DNA of 64,000 nt from Candidatus Brocadiia bacterium (GTDB taxonomy: Bacteria; Planctomycetota; Brocadiia; CAIUPP01): positions 32,001 to 96,000 of the forward strand of contig JBEKCB010000003.1 of the NCBI GenBank assembly GCA_050015075.1. The letters are read 5' to 3'. The stretch's first letter is position 1, and each line of letters starts with the position of its first letter. The notes below the pieces were generated by a model. That model was not told the origin of the DNA, made no database searches, and saw only the letters and a list, made by a program, of their open reading frames with translations. Below, piece by piece: positions 18,515 to 27,177 of the stretch. A program made the position numbers and the translations under genes.

Positions 18515-19789
18515 TCACTTCGGACTCTGCGGCGGCGGCGCCCGCGGACCGGCATCGGCCTCCTCTTCCTTGACGATCGCAGGGATCGCCTTCCAGCCCA
18601 GCCGCTCGCAGGCGAGCAGCCGGAACCGGCCCGCGACGAGGGTGAACCGGCCGTCCGCCGCCCGCTGCACGAGCACCGGCTGCAAGAGCCCCATCTGCTT
18701 GATCCGCTCGGCCAGCTCGGCGATGTAGTTCGGGTCCGCCGGCCTCAGCGGCACGTTGGCCTCCGGGTCGTCAATGCTTTCCATCGCGACCTCAGTCGCC
18801 GCGTCCGGCCCGGCGGCGCGCGCGCTGGCCTGCATGCTCTTGCGATAGGAGTAAACGTAGGGAATGGCGAAGTCCACGCGCGGGTCGCGCTGGAAATCGC
18901 GGAAGACCTGCTTGAGGATCTCGTGCGCGATGCGCGGGCGGTCCCACGCCGGCGTCATGTACCGCAGCCGCATGTACACGCCGTAGTCGTAGATGTCGGA
19001 GCGGATGTACGGTTCCTTGCCGGTCTGCCGGATGATGTCGCTGGTGACGCTCCGCGCCGCGTCGAGCAGGATCTTCTCGGCGATGTCCCAGTCCGAATCG
19101 AACGTCAGCCGGATGATCACCTCGTCGAGGAAGTACGGCGCCAGTTGCTTGGGCGTATAGTTGATCGCCGCCTGGCTGAAAAGCATCGCATTCGGGATGA
19201 GGATGCTCCGCCCGATCGCTTCCTCCGAGCCGATCGAGCCGCCGACCTGGTTGAGCCGGGTGTACATGAAGCCGACGTCGAGCACGTCGCCGAGGAGGCC
19301 GAGCGACGGGAAAAGGACGCGGTCGCCGATGCGGAACGGCCGCGTGATCGCCACGAGCGCCCAGGCTGCGACGCCGCTGACCGGCGACTGCAGCGACCAG
19401 CCGAGGATCGAGCCGCCGAACAGCGCGGCCAGCCCGCCGAGTTTCCCGAGTTCGCCAGTGGTGTAGATCACGGTGAAGATGACGCCGAGGACCACCAGGA
19501 CGCGGACGAGGCCGGTGAGCATCATGACTTCGCCGGGCGAGCCGTCTCGAGCGCGGATGAGGAACTGAATCGCGAGCGCGACGACCTCGTAGCCGACCGC
19601 GACCAGGAACACGATGTGGAGGAAGGCGGCGCCGCTGGTCCCGGCCGAGATGTGGCCGAGCGGCATGTCGTGGTTGTCCATCCAGTACGCCGTCGAGGCG
19701 AGCACCGCGAAGATCGCCAGCAGCCCGGCGTGGACCCAGGGTTTGAGTTTGACTTCGCCGGTGGTGGTGATCGGCGTGCGTTCGCTCAT
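18515..19789 (-). CDS. MscS-family mechanosensitive channel with C-terminal ParB/Srx-like domain
   Basis: TM helices followed by PFRIGDRV, GDVLDVGFMYTRL, IPNAMLF (MscS). C-terminal IAELAERIKQMGLLQPVLV...FTLVAGRFRLLACERLGWKAIPAIV (ParB N-terminal domain). Confidence 0.88.
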   Translation of the reverse strand: MSERTPITTTGEVKLKPWVHAGLLAIFAVLASTAYWMDNHDMPLGHISAGTSGAAFLHIVFLVAVGYEVVALAIQFLIRARDGSPGEVMMLTGLVRVLVVLGVIFTVIYTTGELGKLGGLAALFGGSILGWSLQSPVSGVAAWALVAITRPFRIGDRVLFPSLGLLGDVLDVGFMYTRLNQVGGSIGSEEAIGRSILIPNAMLFSQAAINYTPKQLAPYFLDEVIIRLTFDSDWDIAEKILLDAARSVTSDIIRQTGKEPYIRSDIYDYGVYMRLRYMTPAWDRPRIAHEILKQVFRDFQRDPRVDFAIPYVYSYRKSMQASARAAGPDAATEVAMESIDDPEANVPLRPADPNYIAELAERIKQMGLLQPVLVQRAADGRFTLVAGRFRLLACERLGWKAIPAIVKEEEADAGPRAPPPQSPK

Positions 19790-19921
19790 TTCCCCGAATC
19801 CTCAGGAGATGCGCCGTGCGCCCCTGTCCCGCCGTCGGCGGGGCGGTTCGGTGACATTGTACATAAGCACATGGGCGCTTGCAACATCCTGACGCCGCGA
19901 GCGCCGCTCCTCGCAGGGGCG

Positions 19922-21178
19922 TCAGCTCGGAGTCGCGCGAACCGGTCCGCGCGGCTGCAGGGCGGCCGTTGCGGGCGCCGCCAACTGTATTCCGTTTTCA
20001 TCGTAGCTCAACGTGCGATACGGTCCTTCGGCGGCGGGCATCCGGCCCATCGCCAGGCGGAACGTGCGGCGCTCCGGCGCGGCGATCAGGGCTTGCAGGC
20101 TGTTCGGCAAATGGATGCGCGGGTCGGCGAGAATATTCGTCCGCAGCCCGATCGTGCCGGGGCGCTCGCGCAGCCGGGCCATCAACGTCGCGTAGCGGCC
20201 CGAGCCGCGAGGAGCCTGAAGCTCGGCCGGCCGGCCGAGCTTGCGGAAGTGGTTCGTCGCGGCGATGAAGTCGTCGCCGGGCGCCGCCTCGCGTACGACG
20301 ACCTCGTCGGCGGTGTACTCGGCCACGACTGAGCGGCGCGCCGGCGCGGTTTGCGCGAGGAGGATATTGTTGGAGTACGTCCGCCGCGTAGCGCGGAGCA
20401 GCGCGACCGCCTCGTCGCAGGTCGCCGCCTCCTGCGCCATCTGGCGGAAGCTGATGACGTACGGCATTCCTTCGAGGTTCGCGGAGATGCGCTTCACGTT
20501 CAGCGGGCCGATGCAGAGACCGGCCAGGTTCACCGCCGTAATCGCGCCGCACCAGCCCGGCCAGGCGATGGAGACGAACGGGATGCCGCCGTCCGGCTTG
20601 CAGAAGATGATCAGCCCGCACCGCTGCGCGATGCCCATGCTGACGAAGTCCAGGTTCCGGCCGAAGATCAACTCGCCGCCCGTTCGATCATGCTCAGGGC
20701 GAACGCGCGTGGCGGCCCCATGCGCGGCGAAGCAGGAGCACTGCACCGCCTGGACGCTTTCAAGAAACGTGTGCGCGATGAGGATATCGTCGTACGTCAT
20801 GGCGGCGCCGTCGGCCAGGCCGCGCATCTCCTCGAGGTACGGCGCGGGCATGTGCGGCTCGAGCCGCCGCCCGCGCCGGAGCAGTTCGGCCCGGCTCAGC
20901 GCGCGGAACAGGCGGATCATCCGGATGTATTCCTCGAAGACCCGCTGCACCACCGGCCGCAGCAGCCGCCCGTGCTGCAGGCCCATCTCGCGCGGCGAGC
21001 CTTCGATGTGCAGGAATCGCCAGCCGCCGCGCACCGCCAGCCGCCCGCGCCCTTCCGTCCAGTCGCCATCCGCCGGAGTCGGGAACTGCGACCGCGCGCA
21101 GGTGAGGCCCGCCGTCAGCGCGAACGCGCTCTCCATCGCGCCGATCACCAGGCGATGCCAGCTAGATCTGTTCAGCAT
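19922..21178 (-). CDS. C45 family Ntn-hydrolase (autoproteolytic acyltransferase/peptidase)
   Basis: GSPREMGLQHG, EEMRGLADG, Q-CSCFA nucleophile, FGRNLDF, ATNHF. Confidence 0.85.
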   Translation of the reverse strand: MLNRSSWHRLVIGAMESAFALTAGLTCARSQFPTPADGDWTEGRGRLAVRGGWRFLHIEGSPREMGLQHGRLLRPVVQRVFEEYIRMIRLFRALSRAELLRRGRRLEPHMPAPYLEEMRGLADGAAMTYDDILIAHTFLESVQAVQCSCFAAHGAATRVRPEHDRTGGELIFGRNLDFVSMGIAQRCGLIIFCKPDGGIPFVSIAWPGWCGAITAVNLAGLCIGPLNVKRISANLEGMPYVISFRQMAQEAATCDEAVALLRATRRTYSNNILLAQTAPARRSVVAEYTADEVVVREAAPGDDFIAATNHFRKLGRPAELQAPRGSGRYATLMARLRERPGTIGLRTNILADPRIHLPNSLQALIAAPERRTFRLAMGRMPAAEGPYRTLSYDENGIQLAAPATAALQPRGPVRATPS

Positions 21179-21304
21179 GACGTCGAAAAATTCCTTGGAT
21201 GCGACAATAGACCGTGAACGATCTTGTTATTCTACCTTCGCGTCATTGCAGTTGTCACCCGCCGCGACGTAGAATGCCGCGGTCAGGAAACAGGGGGCTG
21301 GGTT

Positions 21305-22330
21305 ATGCCCAAAATCCGGTGCACGTGCAAACGCGTTATCTCTTATGGGCCCGGACTGGCCGGCAAGCTTGTGAAATGTCCGGGATGCTCCGCAAAAATC
21401 CGTCTGCCGGAGATCGAGCCGGCCGCGCCGCCGGCGCGCGCCGCGCCCAGTCAAGAGCAGGATCTGCAACTCGAGAGGGAAGAGACGGACGTCCCGCTCG
21501 CGTCGAGTTTGCAAACTTCGGACGCCACGGGGCCGTCCGGCAATTCGCTTCCGCCGTATGAGCCGCCGTCCTGGGCCGCAGCCCGCCGCTCCGCTCCTGC
21601 GACTTCAGATCGGGGCGCAGCGGCCGAGGATTACTGGAGCGCGCTGCCCGGCGCGTTCGAGTTCCCGCTTAAGGGCGACGGGCTCATCGCGCTGATCGTG
21701 GGCGTCATCTTCCTCACCGCGGAGCATTACCTCATGTTCATGGCGGCGCTTTTTCCATTGCTGGGCCTCGTCCTCGCGGGCGGCATCGGCATCATCGGCA
21801 CCGGCTATTTCGCCGGATACCTGATGACGATCATGGAGCGCACCGCGCACGGCGAGAAGGACGCGCCCGGTTGGCCGGACCTGAACGACTGGCAGGAGAA
21901 TGCGCTGCAGCCGTTCGTCTTCCTTCTCGCGCTCAGCATCCTCTGCATCGGCCCGTGGGTCGCGTACGCGCGCTTCGCGCACGAACCGAACGTGGCGATC
22001 ACCTACGCGCTCCTCGCCGCGGGCCTGTTCTACATGCCGATGGGCATGCTGTGCGTTGCCCTGGTGAACAACTACGCCGGTCTCAACCCGGTCCTGGTCA
22101 TCCGCGCCATCCGCAGCGTGCCCGGCCGGTACTCCGTCGTCTGGGCGCTCGTTATATTTTGCATCGCCGCGCAGACGATGGGTGCCGGATTGATCGCCGC
22201 GCTACCGATTCCCATCGTCGGAACGATCCTGGAGGAGGCCGTCAGTTGCTACTTCCTGTTCGTCGCCGCGCGGGTCCTGGGGCTGCTCTATCACAAATCG
22301 AGCCGGCAGTTGGACTGGCTGGCGGGATAG
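21305..22330 (+). CDS. Zinc-ribbon plus DUF4013-like multi-TM membrane protein
   Basis: N-terminal C.C...CPGC; AFEFPL, GYL..IM...AHGE..APGWPD; several TM helices. Confidence 0.65.
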   Translation: MPKIRCTCKRVISYGPGLAGKLVKCPGCSAKIRLPEIEPAAPPARAAPSQEQDLQLEREETDVPLASSLQTSDATGPSGNSLPPYEPPSWAAARRSAPATSDRGAAAEDYWSALPGAFEFPLKGDGLIALIVGVIFLTAEHYLMFMAALFPLLGLVLAGGIGIIGTGYFAGYLMTIMERTAHGEKDAPGWPDLNDWQENALQPFVFLLALSILCIGPWVAYARFAHEPNVAITYALLAAGLFYMPMGMLCVALVNNYAGLNPVLVIRAIRSVPGRYSVVWALVIFCIAAQTMGAGLIAALPIPIVGTILEEAVSCYFLFVAARVLGLLYHKSSRQLDWLAG

Positions 22331-22387
22331 GGCAAGTGGGACAGGATTTACGGGACGGACAGGATTGATGCGAAGGGAGGCTGCGCC

Positions 22388-23218
22388 ATGAGGCTCGGGG
22401 GTCCTGTTGCGTACGCCGGCGATCCGGAAGCATGGGCGGCCGAAGCGCGCCGGCGCGGTTACTCCGCGGTCTATTTCCCGTCGGCAGACGCGGACGACTC
22501 CGCGGTCGCGGCCATCGTGAAATCCGCCGAGGCGGCCGGGCTGGTCATCGCCGAAGTCGGCGCGTGGGGCAATCCGCTCAGCCCGGACGAGGCCGTGCGC
22601 AGCGCCGCGCTGGAGAAGTGCCGCGCGCAACTCGCCCTGGCCGACCGCGCCGGCGCGCGCTGCTGCGTCAACATCGCCGGCTCGCGCGGCGTGAAATGGG
22701 ACGGCCCGCACGCGGACGACCTGACCGAGGCGACGTTCGACCTGGTCGTGGAATCCGTGCGCTCGATCCTTGACGCCGTCAAACCGACGCGCACGTTCTA
22801 CACGCTCGAGCCGATGCCGTGGATGTACCCGGATTCCGCCGAGAGTTACCTGCGCCTCCTCCGCGCGGTCGGCCGCAAACAATTCGGCGTCCACCTCGAC
22901 CTGGTTAACCTCGTCTGCAGCCCGCAGCTTTACTTCGGCAATGCGGCGCTCATCCGCGACTGCTTCGCGAAGCTCGGCCCCCACGTCCGCAGTTGCCACG
23001 CGAAGGACATCCTGCTCGGCGGGGAGCTGACCGTGCACTTGAGCGAGGTGCGGCCGGGCCTCGGCGCGCTCGATTACGCCGTCCTGCTCCAGGAACTGGA
23101 CCGACTCGAGCCTGATATGCCGCTGATGCTCGAGCATCTGAAAACCGACGAGGAGTATCGCCTCGCCGCGGACTACGTCCGGTCAGTGGCGCGGCGGACG
23201 GGAGTCCAGTTCCGATAA
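22388..23218 (+). CDS. Sugar phosphate isomerase/epimerase (xylose-isomerase-like TIM barrel)
   Basis: LEPMP, VHLD.VN, CHAKD, PG.G.LDY, MLEH metal-binding pattern. Confidence 0.88.
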   Translation: MRLGGPVAYAGDPEAWAAEARRRGYSAVYFPSADADDSAVAAIVKSAEAAGLVIAEVGAWGNPLSPDEAVRSAALEKCRAQLALADRAGARCCVNIAGSRGVKWDGPHADDLTEATFDLVVESVRSILDAVKPTRTFYTLEPMPWMYPDSAESYLRLLRAVGRKQFGVHLDLVNLVCSPQLYFGNAALIRDCFAKLGPHVRSCHAKDILLGGELTVHLSEVRPGLGALDYAVLLQELDRLEPDMPLMLEHLKTDEEYRLAADYVRSVARRTGVQFR

Positions 23219-23231
23219 GATAAGCCGGCCT

Positions 23232-23633
23232 CTATTTCAGGGACGCCTGCTGCTTGCTCTGCTCGGTGTAGCCGTGCAGCTCGATCCGATTGCCCTCCGG
23301 ATCGGCGAGCCAGGCCTGCCAGCTTCGGTCGTTGCCCCGCTTGACCGGTGAGACTTCGACGCCCTGCGCGCGAAGCGCTGCGGACGTCTTCTCGATGTCG
23401 TCCACCTCCAGGCAGAAGTGCTTGTACGCCGGCTTCTCAGGCGGCGCGCCGACCTCGCCCTGGAAAAGCTCGATGAAGCACCGGCCGCCGATGTGCAGGT
23501 AGACGCCGAACCGCTTGCCCTGGTCGTTGATGAAGTCGAACGCGTGGCGGAAGCCGAGCTTGTCCTGGTAGAAAGCGATCGCGGAGTCCAGGTCGTTCAC
23601 GGTGAAGCAGATGTGCGCAAATCCCTTGATCAT
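23232..23633 (-). CDS. VOC/glyoxalase family protein
   Basis: HICFTV.DL....FY...LG, IELF, HFCLEVDD, DPEGNRIEL. Confidence 0.9.
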   Translation of the reverse strand: MIKGFAHICFTVNDLDSAIAFYQDKLGFRHAFDFINDQGKRFGVYLHIGGRCFIELFQGEVGAPPEKPAYKHFCLEVDDIEKTSAALRAQGVEVSPVKRGNDRSWQAWLADPEGNRIELHGYTEQSKQQASLK

Positions 23634-23906
23634 GCGGGCTCCTTTGCCGAGGTGAAAATAAGGAATGGGCGCGCCGGTTCAGCCCGGCGCCGACAGCAGG
23701 ATGCCACGAACGCGAGCGGCGCGCAAGTGGAAAATTCGAGCGCGGCTTCATGCCGCGCGTGAGAGCGCGCCGCCCGCCCGATTGACACGCCCCTGAACGT
23801 CTGATAGGCTCGATATGCTTGCAGGCTCGCGGTGGGCCGGCGCCTGTGATGACGCATGGGGCGCGCGAGCACGGCGTTTACATTTCATTACAGAAGGAGG
23901 CCTTCC

Positions 23907-25424
23907 ATGGCCGTGTCCTGGCTGCTTATGCTGCTGGTCTTGAACCCGTTGAACAGCCTGCTGAACCATCCGCCGCGCGATTTCGCCTCGCTGCTCGATC
24001 CGGCGGATGTCCTGCAGGCGATGAATGTCCAGACATCGGACGAAGCGCTCGCCGCCGTCCTCACCGCGCCCGCCGATCCGGCCGCCGGCGATCCCTACGT
24101 GAAGAAGCTGATGGCCATCCGCCTGCTCGAGCAGAACAAGTCGGCGAAGGGGCTGCCCGCGCTCGCGGCCATGGCGAAAGACGCCGACGTCACGCTGCGC
24201 GATGCGGCCCTCGACGCGATCGCGGCGATCAACAATAAACCCGGCCTCCGCCCGAACGGCGCGACGCTCCTGAAGGAACTCGCCCGGTCGGTCCCGGCCG
24301 ACGCCGGCTTCGTCGTCGCGCTCGACTTCGAGCGCGATTCGAAGGGCACGACCGCGCGCGCATTGCTGGAGAATGCCCTGAAGGAGATGGCGGCGAAGGC
24401 CGCGGCCAATCCCCCGGCGAACGCCAACGCGCCGGGCGACACCTCCGCCACGATGATGCAGCAGGTTCAGGCAGGCGTCACCGCAATGATCCCGCAAGCC
24501 GAGCAAGGGCTCGCCCAGGCGCTCGCCGCGACCGGCAACCTGCGCGTGGACGCGGCGATACTGATCCTGCCTCCCGAAATGGGCACGCATCCGAACGAGA
24601 ACTACCTGCGCTGCGTGGTCAAGGGCCTGTACGACCCCGCGCGCATCGCCAAGTTGCTGGAGAGCACCGGCGATTTCGAGAAGCGCGAAACCGCCGGACA
24701 CGCCGTCTATGCCAACAAGCAAGGCGAGATACAGTTCTGCATGCTCGACGGGAACACGTTCCTGATCGCCATCATGAACAAGTCCGACAAGGCCGGCGTC
24801 ATGGAGAATTTCATCGATGCGCTGACCGCCGCCCAGAAGGCGCCGCCGCAAAAGGCGCTGGCGGAGGCGTTCGACATGGTCACGGAGCGCCAGGCGCGGC
24901 TGGCGGTGGCCGGGACGTTCTCGCCGGCGCAGAAGAAAAGCTTCGCGGCCAGCCTCGTGCAGAATTTGAAGCCGACCAATCTCCAGCTCGGGCCGGGAGA
25001 GGAAATCGCGTTCACCGGCAGCCAGATGCTGCTGGGCATCGTCCAGGCCCAGGCCTACGCCGCCTCGCTCGACACGCAGGGAAAGCTCGCCATCCACGTC
25101 GTTTGCCCGGACGCGGCCGCCGCGACGGCGCTGAACGACTCGGCGGACAAGCTCCAGAAAACGCTCTTCGGCGTCGTCTCCAAGGAAGCCGCCGATGTGC
25201 CGCCGCCGTTCGCCATGGTCCTCCGCGACGTGACCAAGGAGGGCTCTCTGTGGAAGACCGAGATTACGGACACCACGGTGACGATCAAAGTGGATAACCT
25301 GTTGATACCCATCATGGGCATGACATTGAGCGGCGGCTTCCAGGCCCATCCGCCTGCGCCGCCGGAGAACGTGCCGCCGGCGGCCCCGGCCGCGCCCGTC
25401 ACGCCGGCCGAGCCGAAGAAGTGA
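23907..25424 (+). CDS. Exported hypothetical protein with HEAT-like N-terminal region and Pro/Ala tail
   Basis: AAGGAGG RBS; hydrophobic N-terminus; LPALAAMAKDADVTLRDAALDAI HEAT-like segment; TTGACA-N17-TAGGCT upstream. Confidence 0.6.
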   Translation: MAVSWLLMLLVLNPLNSLLNHPPRDFASLLDPADVLQAMNVQTSDEALAAVLTAPADPAAGDPYVKKLMAIRLLEQNKSAKGLPALAAMAKDADVTLRDAALDAIAAINNKPGLRPNGATLLKELARSVPADAGFVVALDFERDSKGTTARALLENALKEMAAKAAANPPANANAPGDTSATMMQQVQAGVTAMIPQAEQGLAQALAATGNLRVDAAILILPPEMGTHPNENYLRCVVKGLYDPARIAKLLESTGDFEKRETAGHAVYANKQGEIQFCMLDGNTFLIAIMNKSDKAGVMENFIDALTAAQKAPPQKALAEAFDMVTERQARLAVAGTFSPAQKKSFAASLVQNLKPTNLQLGPGEEIAFTGSQMLLGIVQAQAYAASLDTQGKLAIHVVCPDAAAATALNDSADKLQKTLFGVVSKEAADVPPPFAMVLRDVTKEGSLWKTEITDTTVTIKVDNLLIPIMGMTLSGGFQAHPPAPPENVPPAAPAAPVTPAEPKK

Positions 25425-25460
25425 CGCGCATCGCCGGACTGGAACGGTATCGGATTTTTC

Positions 25461-25489
25461 TTGACTGCGCCGGGAGCGTGGTGCATAAT
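25461..25489 (+). promoter_or_regulatory. Sigma70-type promoter with no credible downstream CDS
   Basis: TTGACT-N17-CATAAT. Confidence 0.7.
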
Positions 25490-25495
25490 TGATTC

Positions 25496-25612
25496 GACGG
25501 TAAAGGGGCGGCCGGCACTTCGGGCGTCGGGCCTTGTCGAGCGTGTTCTGCGGCGGAGTCGGGCTTCGTGTCCGAGACACGGCAGGAACATGTCCGATGA
25601 GGCCCTTTTTTT
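25496..25612 (+). ncRNA. Candidate orphan structured small RNA (~115 nt)
   Basis: Lies between the promoter and a T7 run. A ~23-bp stem (25529-25551 with 25582-25605) contains several G-U pairs; there is also an apical hairpin and a 5' hairpin. Confidence 0.55.
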
Positions 25613-25629
25613 CGGCGGGGCGTTCCTGA

Positions 25630-27150
25630 TCAGATTCCGGCGGCGGTCTTGGCGGCCCGCTCCATCTCCGCAGGCGTCAGGAACTGTGCCAGGAACAGGC
25701 TCGCGAGCGCCATCTGCCAGGGACCGAGCAGGAAAACCGCGACGGCGCCGAGCACCAGCGCGGCCCACGCGACGAACCGGCTTTTCTCGAGCCGCACGGC
25801 GCGGCCGGCGTTCCGCCTCCACCGCCGTACCGAACGCCACGCGCCGAAGATCAGGAGGGCCGCAACCGCCAGGTACGCGCAGAGGATGACGCAGACGTAG
25901 CCGATCAGCCGGCCGCCCTTCACCTCGGCGAAGCCGGGCAGCGGCTGGCGCGTGAAGATGAAGATCATCCCCGCCTCGCCCAGATACGGCGCGTCCGTGG
26001 CGTTCGAGAGGATGCGCGCGCCGGCGAGCGTGCCGTTCGGCAGCGGCCAACTCATGGCCAGCGCCTCCGCCGAAAGCGACCAGGCGTGGTCGAACCGCCC
26101 GTTCGTCCGCGCCGCGCCGATTCCGAACGCGCACGCCGCCGTGCCGTGGCCGGCGATCACCGGACCGGAATCCACGTCGAAGTACCAGTCGCCGTGCAGA
26201 TCTCCGCGCGGCCATTCGCGGAAGCCCACCGCCCACAGGCGATGCTGCCAGAAATGCTTCTCGTAGAGCGCGTACCATCCGCGCGCGACGTCGGGCCAGA
26301 CTTCCGCCCCGAACGTCGTCATGTACGAGTTGCTGCATCCGCGCGCCGGGCTGAGAGGCTGCCCGTCGTAAGAGAAGGCGAGATAGACCGGAAGCCCGGT
26401 CGCGGGGTCGAGCCGGTCGCCGCTGAACCCGCGCAGCGCGCGACTGCAGAACGCCGAATGGTCCGTGCCCAGGACGGCATCGGCGCGCTTGATCGCGGCG
26501 ATTGCGCCCACGACATCCGTCGGATAGCACTGGGCCGGGTAATCCTCCAGTAAGCCGGCGCGAGAGCGGTCAATCTCGGCGGAGAGCGTCTCGACCTGGT
26601 CGCGCAGCAGCGCCAGATGGCTCGTGCTGCCGGTCAGCTTCGCCTGGCTGGTGGCGGCGCAGATGACGAGCATGCGATAGAAGCAGTCCTCCTCGTGGAG
26701 ATATTTCGCTCCGTACTTCTTCTTGACCCAGCCGGCCTGTCCGGGATCCGTGACGAGGTCGGCGGCGGCGTCAATCGCCTCGCGCGCGTACACCTTCGGC
26801 GCGACGCCGGCGGGATGTTCTTCCCATTCTTTCTGTAGCGCCTCCGTGCCTAGGAGATAGAAGACCGAGCCGAACAGCGGCCATTCGGTGCCGGAGACGT
26901 CGGCCGAGCCGAGGCTTTCCGCGCGGCCGGAACTCATGCGTTCGCGCGCCCAGCGCGCATATTTCGGAGTCAGCGCGCGATGCCAGCGCCAGGCGCATTG
27001 CGGAATGCCCGGCCCGCGCAGCGCCGGATCGGCGAAGTCGAACAACAGCATGGCCACCGGCGCGGCGAAAAAGTACAGCGCCAGCGCCGCGATGATCGCG
27101 GCGTTGCCGTAAACGCACACGGTCGCCGGCCGAATCCGCGTCCCGCTCAC
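25630..27150 (-). CDS. Membrane-anchored linalool dehydratase/isomerase-like barrel protein
   Basis: GGAGG RBS and GTG start; N-terminal TM; EWPLFGSVFY, LLEDYPAQCYPTDV, FREW, DVDSGP; C-terminal TMs. The family call is from remembered motif similarity. Confidence 0.6.
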   Translation of the reverse strand: MSGTRIRPATVCVYGNAAIIAALALYFFAAPVAMLLFDFADPALRGPGIPQCAWRWHRALTPKYARWARERMSSGRAESLGSADVSGTEWPLFGSVFYLLGTEALQKEWEEHPAGVAPKVYAREAIDAAADLVTDPGQAGWVKKKYGAKYLHEEDCFYRMLVICAATSQAKLTGSTSHLALLRDQVETLSAEIDRSRAGLLEDYPAQCYPTDVVGAIAAIKRADAVLGTDHSAFCSRALRGFSGDRLDPATGLPVYLAFSYDGQPLSPARGCSNSYMTTFGAEVWPDVARGWYALYEKHFWQHRLWAVGFREWPRGDLHGDWYFDVDSGPVIAGHGTAACAFGIGAARTNGRFDHAWSLSAEALAMSWPLPNGTLAGARILSNATDAPYLGEAGMIFIFTRQPLPGFAEVKGGRLIGYVCVILCAYLAVAALLIFGAWRSVRRWRRNAGRAVRLEKSRFVAWAALVLGAVAVFLLGPWQMALASLFLAQFLTPAEMERAAKTAAGI

Positions 27151-27177
27151 AGCGTCCTCCGTCCGGTCACCCGGCTT

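Noticed and set aside
18515-18800. ParABS partition locus
   Set aside because: The ParB-like part has no HTH, there is no adjacent parA, and I did not notice a parS palindrome.
25490-25612. SRP RNA, tmRNA or tRNA
   Set aside because: No SRP GGAA-tetraloop/AGCAG domain. The gattcgacgg match to the tmRNA 5' region lacks the GGGG acceptor end and the TTCRA...CCA 3' end. No cloverleaf.
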